A stretch of DNA of 64,000 nt from an uncultured Chloroflexia bacterium. GTDB taxonomy: Bacteria; Chloroflexota; Limnocylindria; Limnocylindrales; CSP1-4. The stretch lies in the NCBI GenBank assembly GCA_963828165.1, contig CAWHDR010000001.1, forward strand, positions 1,120,001 to 1,184,000, given 5' to 3'. The notes beneath the pieces were generated by a model. The model saw only the letters and a list, made by a program, of their open reading frames with translations, was not told the DNA's origin and did not search any database. The position numbers and the translations under genes are program-made. Below are positions 43,378 through 54,253 of this stretch, piece by piece (position 1 is the first letter of the stretch; each line of letters starts with the position of its first letter).

Positions 43378-44442
43378 ATGAGATTGCTACGCGCGGGCAT
43401 TTCAGTGGTGGTCTGTCTTGCACTGGCTGCCTGTGTGGCGCCTGCCGCTTCCACCCCGGCCAGCGTCCCGCCCACACCGTCGACCGGGGGCGCGCAACCA
43501 AGTGCTGTTGGGTCGCAGGCGTCGACAGATGCGACCAAGACAATTTACGGGTACACCTCCAGCCCTTCGATGGACTCCCTTCCCTACCTTGTAGCGATCA
43601 AGAACATGGTTGCGGCTGGCTATGACATCAGCACCCAGCAGCTCGCCAGCAACGACCTCGGACTTGCGGCGCTGGCCACGAATCAGATCCAGATGTGGGG
43701 CACCGGGCCAGTCGAGTGGTCGCGCGTGGTCGGGCAGGCACCGATCAAGCTCATAACGGCTCGAGCCAACAATGGCTGGCAGTTGATCTCTACCGCAGAC
43801 ATCACGGAATGCAGTCAACTCGATGGTAAGAAGGTTGGCCTATTCAACCTCACCGGTATCAGCACTGCCTACCCGATGGCCTACTTCGAGCAGAACTGCC
43901 CGGACATGAAGCCAGAAATCGTGCTCATCCCGGATTCCGGGCTCCGCGCCCAGGCCATGGCGGCCGACGAGCTGGTTGCGACACCGCTACAGGCCGATGA
44001 TGCGGTCAAGCTGTTGAACCAGTATCCGGGAAAATTCAAGGTGCTTGCGAATTTCTCGGAGGACCTCGCCGAGATCGGACGCGACTACGTCGGCACGAAC
44101 TCAACGATGCTCGACGAGCACGCGCCCATCCTTCGAGAGTTCATCAAGCAGCATCTGCTGACGATCCGATCATTCTACGAGGACCCAGCCGTTGCGGTCG
44201 CCGCGGCGAAAGAGCATCTTGAAGTCGGAGACGACGCGGAGCTCGTCACGAATTTCTTCATCGACCAGAAGTTGTGGTGCGCCAACGGCGGCCTCGAGGA
44301 TAGCAATCTGGCCTCAACGCTGACGTACTTCGGCGAGTTCGGGCTGATCACCCCAGGCCTGAGTGCTGCCAACTTCCTTGCGCCCGGGCCGCTGACGGAC
44401 GTTCTGGCCGAGATTGACCGGTCCGACGCGACGGAGTGTTAG
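43378..44442 (+). CDS. ABC substrate-binding lipoprotein (NMT1/SsuA/TauA-like)
   Basis: Lipobox LAAC, LDGKKVG; followed by NitT/TauT-type permeases. Confidence 0.8.
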   Translation: MRLLRAGISVVVCLALAACVAPAASTPASVPPTPSTGGAQPSAVGSQASTDATKTIYGYTSSPSMDSLPYLVAIKNMVAAGYDISTQQLASNDLGLAALATNQIQMWGTGPVEWSRVVGQAPIKLITARANNGWQLISTADITECSQLDGKKVGLFNLTGISTAYPMAYFEQNCPDMKPEIVLIPDSGLRAQAMAADELVATPLQADDAVKLLNQYPGKFKVLANFSEDLAEIGRDYVGTNSTMLDEHAPILREFIKQHLLTIRSFYEDPAVAVAAAKEHLEVGDDAELVTNFFIDQKLWCANGGLEDSNLASTLTYFGEFGLITPGLSAANFLAPGPLTDVLAEIDRSDATEC

Positions 44443-44477
44443 GCCAGAACCCTCCAAGCGACGACAGAGTCACGTAA

Positions 44478-45347
44478 GTGTCCGGCATCACGCGAGCAGA
44501 TCGGTTGGGAGGACAGGGCCCGATCTCCGATACGGAGATCCTCCGGTCCCGCGTCGCCACAGCGGTCGCGCAACGAGAGCGTCGACGGCAGACTTGGGGC
44601 ATCCTCCTGCCAATCGTCCCGCTCGTGGCCTTCGCGATCGTTTGGCAAGTTTATGCCGAGCAGGCGAACAGCCTTGTCTTACCCACCTTTACGGAATTCG
44701 TAGCGGCATTCGCCGATCTGCTGGTTACCTCAGAATTCTGGGAGGCCATGCTGATCAGCAATCAAGCGCTGATTGTCGGCTACCTGCTCGCGGTAGCGGT
44801 CGGTGTCCCGATAGGCCTTGCGATGGGACGAGCCGCGCGAGTCCGCAATGTTGTCGATCCTTACATCAACCTGATTCTCATCATTCCGATGGCCGTGCTT
44901 ATGCCGGTCATCCTCATCGCTCTGGGCATCAACTTCTCGTCGCGAGTCGTTGTTATCTTCGTCTTTGCCCTCCCGTTCATCGTTGTGCCGTGCCTCGCGG
45001 GCGTACGAATCATTGAGCGGCACCTACTGGATATGAGCCGCACATTCGGCTCGAACGAGCGGCAGCTCTGGCGATACATCCTGGTGCCTGGAGCATTGCC
45101 AGCCATCTTGAGCGGGCTTCGCCAAGGCCTCGCCCACGCGTTGACCGGGATGGTGGTCGTCGAGCTAACACTCATGGCCGTTGGTGTCGGGCAGCTTCTG
45201 CAGACCTACGGCTCCAACCTGCAGTACGACTACGTGTTCGCAATCGTGTTTGCGATCATTCTCGAGTCCGTCATCGGCGTGAGCATCCTTCGCTCACTCG
45301 AACGGCGAGCGGAGCGGGGGCGGCGCGCAATGGTGCCCGTCGGTTGA
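44478..45347 (+). CDS. ABC permease (NitT/TauT)
   Basis: GVPIGLAMG, ILVPGALPAILSGLR, VVVEL. Confidence 0.9.
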   Translation: MSGITRADRLGGQGPISDTEILRSRVATAVAQRERRRQTWGILLPIVPLVAFAIVWQVYAEQANSLVLPTFTEFVAAFADLLVTSEFWEAMLISNQALIVGYLLAVAVGVPIGLAMGRAARVRNVVDPYINLILIIPMAVLMPVILIALGINFSSRVVVIFVFALPFIVVPCLAGVRIIERHLLDMSRTFGSNERQLWRYILVPGALPAILSGLRQGLAHALTGMVVVELTLMAVGVGQLLQTYGSNLQYDYVFAIVFAIILESVIGVSILRSLERRAERGRRAMVPVG

Positions 45348-46177
45348 TAGAGGTGGGCATGCAGACGGAAAGCGGGCACGTTAGGACGATCAACGGGGTG
45401 GGAAATGAACATCTCGGTATCGAACTTCGCGGCATCACGAAGCTGTTCAGGCGCCGAACGGCCGGTGGGGGCTCGGACATCTTCGCCGCCCTCGAGCACG
45501 TCGATCTGGCAATCGCCGAGTCGCAGTTCGTCAGCATCATCGGACCGAGTGGCTGCGGCAAGACCACGTTATTGCGCATCGTTGCAGGTCTGGAATATCC
45601 CCAAGCTGGCGAGGCCGTCGTGGGCGGCCGTCCCGTCCAGGGGCCGAGCCCCGAACGGGCGATGGTCTTTCAGCACTTTGCGCTTCTTCCGTGGGCAAAC
45701 GCGCTCGAAAACGTCGCGTTCGGGCTCAAGGTCGCCGGCGTCGGCAAGAAGGAGCGGGAGGAGCGGGCTCGCCATTTCGTTCAGTTGGTGGGCCTGAGCG
45801 GTTTCGAGCATGCCGCTCCTCGCGAGCTTTCGGGCGGGATGCAGCAGCGTGTCGGACTTGCGCGCGCCCTCGCAGTCGATCCAGCATTCCTGCTCCTCGA
45901 CGAGCCATTTGGCGCCTTGGATGAGATCACCCGGCGGGTCATGCAGAACGAGCTAATCACGATTTGGGAGAAGAATCAGAAGACCGCACTCTTTGTCACG
46001 CACAGCGTCGACGAGGCCGTCTTCCTATCCGATCGGATCATCGTGATGAAGTCGGGCCCGGGTCGGATCGTGGACGACATCAAGGTCGACCTGCCGCGGC
46101 CCCGCGTCCGGGATGTCGAGCAGAGCGAGGAGTTCATCGCGATCAGGGCGCACATCTGGAATACGCTCGGGCTGTGA
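45344..46177 (+). CDS. ABC ATPase (NitT/TauT)
   Basis: GPSGCGKTT, LSGGMQQR, DEPFGALD. Confidence 0.93.
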   Translation: MIEVGMQTESGHVRTINGVGNEHLGIELRGITKLFRRRTAGGGSDIFAALEHVDLAIAESQFVSIIGPSGCGKTTLLRIVAGLEYPQAGEAVVGGRPVQGPSPERAMVFQHFALLPWANALENVAFGLKVAGVGKKEREERARHFVQLVGLSGFEHAAPRELSGGMQQRVGLARALAVDPAFLLLDEPFGALDEITRRVMQNELITIWEKNQKTALFVTHSVDEAVFLSDRIIVMKSGPGRIVDDIKVDLPRPRVRDVEQSEEFIAIRAHIWNTLGL

Positions 46178-46971
46178 TCAAGTCATCGCGATCGGCAACG
46201 TTCACTCGTCCACTGCCGCGCCCAGGGTACCCGACGTTGGCAGTGCAGGGGGTGTCCCTGCTGGCGGGCCTCATTGTCTGGGAAGTCGTCTTCGGCTACC
46301 TGCTTGACGTCAAGTTCCTGCCGCCGATCAGCGTCGTCCTGACTCGATGGGCTGAGATCTGGTCGAGCGGGGTCCTGCCGCAGGCGGTGGCTGACAGCGT
46401 CGTCGCGCTGATCCTCGGCTACGTGGTCTCGGTCGTCACCGGTGTCGCCCTGGGTGCTGCTATGGCGCAGTCGGAGAAGTTGAGCCAGATGTTCAGCGGC
46501 TACGTCTCGGCCATGATCGTGTCACCGGGCATCGTACTCGGGCCGATCTTGTTCATCCTGTTTGGCCTTGGGTCCGGCACGCTGATCGCGATCATCGTTG
46601 TCTTCGCGTTCCCGTTCATCGTGCTGAACACGATCACCGCCTTTACGGAGGTTCCGAGAGATACAAGAGAGATGGCGCGCATGTTCGGCGCCAATCGACT
46701 ACAGGTGTTCTTCCTGGTCTCGCTGCGCGCAGCGATGCCGCTGCTGACAGCTGGGCTACGGATCGGAATGGGTCGAGCCATCAAGGGGATGTTTGTCGGG
46801 CAGCTCGTGGTAACCGTCGTCGGCCTCGGGTACCTCGGCCTCCTCTATCAAGGATCGTTCGACGCCGCAGGATCCCTAGCGATCGGCTTCACGATCGTCG
46901 TGATCTCGGTGTTCGGCCTCGGCTTCGTCCTAGCCCTTGACAAGAAGGTCAACTGGTGGGCCGGTCACTAG
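46174..46971 (+). CDS. ABC permease (NitT/TauT)
   Basis: GTGA overlap with the ATPase; EMARMFGA, GLRIGMGRA. Confidence 0.88.
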   Translation: MIKSSRSATFTRPLPRPGYPTLAVQGVSLLAGLIVWEVVFGYLLDVKFLPPISVVLTRWAEIWSSGVLPQAVADSVVALILGYVVSVVTGVALGAAMAQSEKLSQMFSGYVSAMIVSPGIVLGPILFILFGLGSGTLIAIIVVFAFPFIVLNTITAFTEVPRDTREMARMFGANRLQVFFLVSLRAAMPLLTAGLRIGMGRAIKGMFVGQLVVTVVGLGYLGLLYQGSFDAAGSLAIGFTIVVISVFGLGFVLALDKKVNWWAGH

Positions 46972-47698
46972 CAACTAGCGCCCCGAGCTTCACCGCCCTG
47001 AAATCGATGCCCAGCGTCCTGTAAGTCGCCCACATCTCAGCGACAGGGCCAAATACGACCGGAATGCCGAGGTCAGCCTCCAGCGCGACGATCGCGGATT
47101 CGGCGTCCCATCCAGCGCCATGGATGTACAGCGCATCGCAAGGAGCCTTGTTGGCCGCATCCCGCCCGTGGCGATAGACCTCCTGCCACGAGATCCTTTC
47201 GACATCGCGAAGTGACACTGCATAGAGTTCCTCGGTCGACTGTCCCGCGATCGGGTCCACGGCTGCCGTCATGCCGAACTCCGCGAGGTAGCGCACGAGG
47301 GCGTCGTTCAACTCCTCCTTGTAGTAGCTGATGACCGTCACTCGGCTCGCGCCGAGATGGGCCAGCGCCTCCGCATGCGCCGCCAGTGGTGGGATGACAG
47401 CCACGCCGGTGCGTTGGGCAAGCGCGGTGGCCCAGTCGGCTTCGAATTCACGGCCTCGCAGCAGGAAGGGCGGTCCCCCGCTCACGCAGAGCAGGTCGAC
47501 GCCGACTGCACAGAGCTCGTCTGCCAAGGTGTCGATTCTAGCGAACCCGTGCTCGAACGCGGCCGCGTCGCCTTTGGCGTAGCCGATATGCGTGGGTAGA
47601 ATCTCCACGCCGTCGGGAGCATTGCGGTACCAAGGCGCGAACGACTTTCCCCGCAACGTCGGCTTGATCAGTCCGATTCGGGCGCGCCAACCGTACAT
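46949..47698 (-). CDS. Maleate isomerase/arylmalonate decarboxylase-family protein lacking catalytic Cys
   Basis: MYGWRARIGLI.P, ALAHLGASRV.VISYY..ELN, LEADLGIPVV. Confidence 0.8.
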   Translation of the reverse strand: MYGWRARIGLIKPTLRGKSFAPWYRNAPDGVEILPTHIGYAKGDAAAFEHGFARIDTLADELCAVGVDLLCVSGGPPFLLRGREFEADWATALAQRTGVAVIPPLAAHAEALAHLGASRVTVISYYKEELNDALVRYLAEFGMTAAVDPIAGQSTEELYAVSLRDVERISWQEVYRHGRDAANKAPCDALYIHGAGWDAESAIVALEADLGIPVVFGPVAEMWATYRTLGIDFRAVKLGALVASDRPTS

Positions 47699-47815
47699 TC
47701 TGCTCCTTGAGGACGGGGGAAGATGGCCGTCCTGTAAACATTAACGACAATCTTGTCCGCATACGAACTGCCCGTCGCGCGGCCGGCCCAGCCTGCCCGG
47801 CCGGCGGCGATGCCG

Positions 47816-48610
47816 TCAGGGATGGTCGGTCGAACGAGGCTCGAGGCCTCGATCCGAGACACCTCGCGCCGCGACCATCACCTCGGTCGCAAGGCGGATG
47901 AGCGTTGCCTGCTGCCCGATCCGACGCACCGGCCCGCTGACGCCGATCGCCCCGATTGCTTCCGAATGCTCTCCGAAGACGGGGGCCGCCACCCCGGCCG
48001 TATCCAAACTCCAGCCGCGGATGTTGATCGCGAAACCACGTCGCCGAATCGCCTCGAGGGTCCGAGCGAACGCCACCCGCTCGACTATGGTGCGGCGCGT
48101 AAGCGGCTCAAGCCCTTGCGCCACGACTGCCTCCGCGGCCTCCGGGACGTAGGCCAGGATTGCCTGGCCGACCGCGGTGGCGTGCGACGGCAATCGCGAG
48201 CCGATCGGATGGCGCACGATGATCGGGCTAGACCCATCGACGTGATCGATCGCGACGACGTCGAACCCATCGAGGACTGCCAGGTGCGCGGTCTCCCCTG
48301 TGCGATCGGCAAGGTCCGCGAGCACTGGATGGGCGACCTCGCGCAGGCGCATGGGAACTGCCAGCGGGTTTCCGATGAGGTGGAGCAGCGCGGGTCCGCG
48401 GCGGTAGAGCCGGGTGGGCGTCTGCAAGGCAAAGCCATGGGTCACGAGCGTCGCGAGCATCCGGTGGGCCATGCTCGGCGCTATTCCCAAGCGCCGAGAG
48501 ATGTCCGTGACGCGCAACGGTTGCCGGGCCTGCGCGAGGATCGTCAGGAGCGAGAGGGCTCGCCCCACCGTCTGCAGTTCCCCGCTTTGGAGTGGCCCCT
48601 GTCTCTCCAT
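47816..48610 (-). CDS. IclR-family regulator
   Basis: TVGRALSLL, AHRMLATL, TGETAHLAV, ATAVGQAIL. Confidence 0.92.
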   Translation of the reverse strand: MERQGPLQSGELQTVGRALSLLTILAQARQPLRVTDISRRLGIAPSMAHRMLATLVTHGFALQTPTRLYRRGPALLHLIGNPLAVPMRLREVAHPVLADLADRTGETAHLAVLDGFDVVAIDHVDGSSPIIVRHPIGSRLPSHATAVGQAILAYVPEAAEAVVAQGLEPLTRRTIVERVAFARTLEAIRRRGFAINIRGWSLDTAGVAAPVFGEHSEAIGAIGVSGPVRRIGQQATLIRLATEVMVAARGVSDRGLEPRSTDHP

Positions 48611-48670
48611 GGCATTCCCCTCAGAGGAATTCTGTTGACGGACACGTGAACCCGCCCAAGACTGGAGCCG

Positions 48671-50803
48671 ATGAGCGAGGCGAGAGTCAGTTCCCAGGAG
48701 CGGAATGGCGTGACGCGCGGCGAACGGTACACCATCGGTGTCGATATCGGTGGGACGTTCACGGATGTCGTCGTCGTCGGCGTCGATGGACGCATCCACG
48801 GGGCCAAGGCGCCAACGACTCCTCAGGATTTCTCTATCGGTGTGATGGACGCGCTCGGTGCGGCCGCCGATACGCTCGGCATCAGTCGACTTGAATTGCT
48901 TCACGCGACCAATCTCGTGAAGCACGGAAGCACCGTCGCGACAAATGCGCTGATCACGAGAAGCGGTGTCACCGTCGGCCTGCTGACAACACGTGGGTTC
49001 GAAGACACGCCATCGATCATGCGCGCGGTCGGGCGCGTCGATGGACTTCCCGCGGAGGAGGTCCGACGGGTCACGATGATCACGAAGCCGGAGCCGCTCG
49101 TTCCCCCTGAGCTGGTTCGAGGGGTTTCCGAACGGATCGACGCGGCAGGCACCGTCGTCGTCCCGCTCGATCATGAGGAGGTGCGGACCGCCGCGACCGA
49201 TCTCATCGAGCGGCACGCGTGCGAGGCGCTAGCCATCAGCTTCCTCCACGCCTGGCGTAACCCTGTTCATGAGCGAGCCGCGCGAGACCTTGTCCAGGCC
49301 CTCTATCCCTCCAGATCAGTGTTCTGCAGTCTCGGGAGCGACCTGTCTCTCGTGGCGGGAGAGTATGCCCGCACCAACACCGCGATCGCCGACGCATTCG
49401 TGGGTCCCCAAGTCCGGAAATACCTGGACAACCTCGAGCGGCAGCTTCGCGGGGATGGTTTCGGCGGACGGATCCTGGTCATGAAGGGCAACGGCGGACT
49501 CAGCAGCCACGATGGAGCGAGTCCCATCTCGACGCTCCAGTCCGGTCCGGCTGGCGGGATGCTTGCGACCGCTTACATGACCGACCGATTGGATCATCCC
49601 CGCGTGATCACTGCGGACATGGGCGGTACCAGTTTCGATGTCGGGGTCATCGATGGTGGCTACTGGCGGTACGCCGATGAACCAGTGTTCGAGCGGTTCC
49701 GGATCCTGCAACCGATCGTCGACATCACCTCGATCGGGGCGGGTGGCGGAACGATCGCCCGGGTTGACAAGTCGACTGGCAGGCTGCTGGTGGGGCCGGA
49801 GAGCGCGGGCGCGCGACCAGGGCCTGTGTGCTATGGCCAGGGCGGAGAACACCCGACCGTGACTGACTGCGACCTAGTCCTCGGGTACCTTGACCCCGGC
49901 TTCTTCCTGGGCGGGCGTCGTCGGCTCGACCCCGGAAGCGCCCGGGCCGCGGTCGAGGAACTGCTCGCGCGACCACTCGGCCTGACCGTCGAGCACGCCG
50001 CGGCCGGCGTGGTCCGCATCGTCAACAGCAAGATGTCCGACCTCATCCGTCGTGAGGTGATTCGCAGTGGTGGGGTTCCCACCGAATTCACCCTGTATGC
50101 ATTCGGTGGTGCCAGTCCAGCGCACGCTGTCGGATATGCCCGAGACCTGGGCGTCCCCGAGATCGTGATCTTTCCCACGTCACCCGTGTTCTCCGCTTTC
50201 GGCATCGCCGTCGCCGACATCGTCCACACTCGGCTGGCGACCCGGTCGTACGCGCTGCCGGTGGACCCTGAGGTGCTGAATGAGGATCTCGCCTCCCTCG
50301 AGCTCGAGCTGGAGCGGCAACTAGAGGGATCGTCGATCGTGAGTCCCGTATTCAACCGATACGTGACGATGCAGTTCCGCCGTCAGACGAGCGGCGAGGA
50401 GATCGCCCTGCCGTGGGACCGGTTCACACCAGGGCGCGTCGATGAGCTGGTGCAGCTCTTCGTCTCGCACTACGAGCGCCAATACGGCGAGGGCGTCGCG
50501 TATACGGATGCCGGCGTCGACATCAGCGGCCTTCGGGTCGACGCCGTCGTCGCAGTCGCGAAACCGGAGCTCCCCGAGTTCAGCGGCGGCGGCGAGAATC
50601 CCCGAGGAGCGGTCAAGGGCCATCGGGAGGCCTGGTTCGATGATGGCTTCCTCCGTACCGCTATCTACGACTACGACCGGCTCGCGCCGGAGATGCGCCT
50701 GGTCGGTCCGGCGATCATCGAGTCCACGTCGACCACCACGGTCGTGCCACCGAAGGCCGAGGCACGGGTCGACCAGTACCGCAACCTTGTCGTGCGGCCA
50801 TGA
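48671..50803 (+). CDS. Hydantoinase A/oxoprolinase (acetone carboxylase beta-like)
   Basis: VDIGGTFTD, HGSTVATNA, SGPAGG, DMGGTSFD, GAGGG. Confidence 0.92.
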   Translation: MSEARVSSQERNGVTRGERYTIGVDIGGTFTDVVVVGVDGRIHGAKAPTTPQDFSIGVMDALGAAADTLGISRLELLHATNLVKHGSTVATNALITRSGVTVGLLTTRGFEDTPSIMRAVGRVDGLPAEEVRRVTMITKPEPLVPPELVRGVSERIDAAGTVVVPLDHEEVRTAATDLIERHACEALAISFLHAWRNPVHERAARDLVQALYPSRSVFCSLGSDLSLVAGEYARTNTAIADAFVGPQVRKYLDNLERQLRGDGFGGRILVMKGNGGLSSHDGASPISTLQSGPAGGMLATAYMTDRLDHPRVITADMGGTSFDVGVIDGGYWRYADEPVFERFRILQPIVDITSIGAGGGTIARVDKSTGRLLVGPESAGARPGPVCYGQGGEHPTVTDCDLVLGYLDPGFFLGGRRRLDPGSARAAVEELLARPLGLTVEHAAAGVVRIVNSKMSDLIRREVIRSGGVPTEFTLYAFGGASPAHAVGYARDLGVPEIVIFPTSPVFSAFGIAVADIVHTRLATRSYALPVDPEVLNEDLASLELELERQLEGSSIVSPVFNRYVTMQFRRQTSGEEIALPWDRFTPGRVDELVQLFVSHYERQYGEGVAYTDAGVDISGLRVDAVVAVAKPELPEFSGGGENPRGAVKGHREAWFDDGFLRTAIYDYDRLAPEMRLVGPAIIESTSTTTVVPPKAEARVDQYRNLVVRP

Positions 50804-53036
50804 AGGACATCGCGCCCAGCGTCGATCCGATCGATTTTGAGATCTTCTCTCACCGACTCTGGGCCGTCGGCGAGGAGGGCCGAATCGCCCTCCAGCGTGT
50901 AACTGCGTCGCCCATCGTGGCCCAAGGGGGCGAGTGCATGTGTTCGTTCTATGACGCGGACGGCACCATGCTGCTGGCGTGCTCGGGTCACCTCCGGTTC
51001 GCTGCCGCGACCTCAGACGCGATACGGAAGATGATCGAGTGGTTCGAGGTCAGCCCGGGTATCCACGAAGGGGACGAATTCATCTTCAACGACCCGTACG
51101 TCGCCGGCTCGCATACCTACGACACGATGCAGATCGCGCCGGTCTTCTGGGAGGGGCGGCGCGTGGGCTGGGTCGCTTCGAGCTCGCACACCGCCGACAC
51201 CGGCGGCGTGCTACGCGGTGCCGCCACCGAAATCTTCCACGAGGGCATCCGCCTGCTGGGATTGAAGATCGTCGAGCGGGGTGAGTTCCGGCAGGACGTG
51301 TTCAAGACCATCGTGGAACAGTGCCGGGACCCGCATTACGTCGGCATGGACCTGAAATCGCGCACCGCTGCGAACACCGTCTGCAGCCGTGGCTTCCGCG
51401 CGCTGATCGAGCGATTCGGGATCGAATTCTTCGAGGCCGCCGGTCGCAAGCTCGTCAACGATGCCGAGGCCATGGCCCGGGCGAAACTGCGGTCGATTCC
51501 CAATGGCACATGGCGCAGTCGGATCTACGGATCCGCACGCGATCCGCAGACACGCGGCGTGCTCCCGTACCAGGTGGTTTGCGCAGCGACGAAGGTCGAC
51601 GACGAGCTAACACTCGACTTCACCGGGTCGAGTGAGCAGTTCGCGAGCGATCAGAACTCCACGCTGCCGAGCACCACGGCGCACGTCGCGATCGCCCTGA
51701 CCAACCAGATCTTCTGGGACGTGCCATGGAGCGACGGCAAGCTAAGGCCGGTCAGGATCATCGTCCCAGAAGGCTCCGCACTGCACTGCCGCTTTCCCGC
51801 CGCATGTGGCCGCTCGCCAAGGATCGGGCAGTACGTCGTCGAGGCGGTGCGCGAGTGCCTGGCGAAGATGCTCTACGCTGCCGGCAACCGCGAAGACATT
51901 AACGCTTCGTGGGGCGGCTTCTGGTACCTCGGCGGACCCGGATTTCTTCTACGGCGGCCACAACGCACGTGGGATCCCGAATCCCGCAGGGCCTGTACGA
52001 CATCCACGGCGGGGGTCTCGGGGCTGCGCCGGTCCGGGACGGGGTCAACACCGGGGGCCAGATGAACATCCCGTCGGGCGGGATCAGCGACGTCGAACTC
52101 GTGGAACTCCAGTACCCGTTCCTCTACCTCAGCCGCAACCACAACCCGGACAGTGGCGGCTTCGGCCGATGGAGTGGTGGGGCGGGGAGCGCTCGGCTCC
52201 TCGCCGTGCAGGGCTCGGCCGACCTGACGGCGGACTTCTCGCCGTACGCTGGCATGCCTCACGGGGCGTTCGGCCTGTTCGGTGGTTATCCCTCCGGGAC
52301 TGGCGGCCTTCGCGCCATCCTCGAGCCGACTCCCGAACGCGGAGGCGCGATCACGTCCGGGTCCTACCCGACAGACGCAGCCGAAGCAATCGAACGGGGG
52401 ATCGCGACCATGGTGGTCCCCATCGGCGGACCCGGCAGGGTGCCGGTAGCCGAGGGCAGCCTGCTCTCCGACTTCGTCCAGGGCGGCGGCGGCTTCGGCG
52501 ACCCGTTGGATCGTCCCGCGGAGATGGTCGCGACCGATGTTCGCCGGCGACTCGTGTCGGGCCGGACGGCCCGGCTCATCTATGGCGTCGTCGTCGACAA
52601 GTCCGGCGAGATCGACAAGGCATCGACCGAGCGCGAACGAGCATCGATCCGTACTGCGCGTCGCGCCGAATCGCGTCCGCCGCAGACCAGCGATACCGGC
52701 AACGCTGGGCCAGAGGGCGGCGGAACCCTCGAGTTCCACGCTTCCTTGGAGCTCGTCGGCGAGCCCGCAGCCGGTGGCGTCATCCGATGCTCCTGCGGCC
52801 ACGTGCTTTGCTCCGCAGGCGACAACTACAAGCACTTTGCATTGCGTCGCGACCGGCAGCTCAAGGATCTCTCCGATCGGCCGATGCCCGACGGAAGCGA
52901 GTACCTAGCCGTGCTCCGTGAATATGCATGTCCCGGATGCGCGCGACTCCTGCAGGTCGATGTCTGGTGCCCCACGCTGCCGGGGGACCCCGACCTGTGG
53001 GACATCCAACTAGGCTATGACGCCCAAACAAACTGA
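50800..53036 (+). CDS. Hydantoinase B (acetone carboxylase alpha-like) fused to a gamma-subunit-like Zn domain (indels ~51943, ~51984)
   Basis: NDPY..GSH..D, HTADTGG, GGGGFGDP; C-terminal IRCSCGH...NYK...REYACPGC..LLQVD. Confidence 0.82.
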
Positions 53037-54253
53037 CGGGGCTGGCGACGCCGATCGTCGCCCTGTGACCGACGAGACGCCGGACAGCCCACTCGGAGGC
53101 CTGCAGGTCCTCGAGCTCGCAACGTACGTCACTGGTCCGTATGCCGGCGCGCTGCTCGCCGACATGGGCGCCGACGTTATCAAGATCGAGGAGCGCACGC
53201 GCGGTGATCCCTTCCGGGGTTGGGGAAAGGGTGGATACAGCCCAACGTTCCGGTCGGTCAACCGCGGCAAGCGAAGCATCGCGATCGACCTGCGGACCGA
53301 GGCCGGAAGGTCGGTGGCCGAGGGCATCGCCCGCAAGGCCGATGTCGTGATCGAGAACTTCCGGCCCGGCGTCGTGGAGCGCCTTGGCATGGGCTACGAG
53401 CAAGTGGCGGCCATCAATCCGGCCGTCGTGTACTGCTCGATCTCCGGCTTCGGGTCGAGTGGGCCGTATCGCAATCGCCCCGGCTACGACACCGTCGGGC
53501 AAGCGATGAGTGGCCTGCTCGGACTACTCACGGACCTCGAGGCACCTCGGGCGATGGGCATTTCGCTGTCGGACCACATCACCGGCCTGTACGCGTGCTA
53601 CGGGGTGCTGACGGCCCTCGTCGGAAGGGGACTCAGTGGGAAGGGTCGCCACGTGGAAACGTCGCTTCTCCAGGCCACGACTGCCTTCGTGGCCGAGAAC
53701 GCGGCGCGATACCTCGATGACGGCGATGTGCCCACCCGGGCCACGCGGGCGCACATCGCTCAGGCCTACGCATTCACAGCGGGCGATGGCCGTCCGTTTG
53801 TCGTGCACCTGTCCTCACCCCCGAAGTTCTGGCTTGGATTGGTCGAGGTCGTCGGCCAGCCGAATCTCGAGCGTCGACGAGCGCTTCGTCGACCGTGCGG
53901 CACGGATCGCGAACTACGATCACCTGCACGAGATTCTTCAAGCAGCGTTCGCGGCCGCTCCTCGCGAACATTGGTTGGCGCGGCTCGAGACGGCGGACGT
54001 CCCGGCTGGGCCCTTGAACAGCATGGATGAGGCCATGACTGATCCAGGGGTCGAAGCCCTTGGCCTCGTGCAGCACGTCGTGCACCCCACGGCCGGCGCC
54101 ATGCGGCTCCTTGGGAGCGGGGTGACGCTCGATCGCCACCCGGACCTGGTGGGTCCACCGCCGCTCCTGGGGGAGCACACTGAGCCGATCCTGGTCGAGC
54201 TCGGCTACAGCCCTGCCAGCATCGCCCGACTGCGAAAGGAGGAGGTGATCTAG
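53017..54253 (+). CDS. CaiB/BaiF family III CoA transferase (frameshift ~53870)
   Basis: LADMGADVIKIE, NRGKRS, ENFRPG, PGYD; the C-terminal PPLLGEHT is in another frame. Confidence 0.9.
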
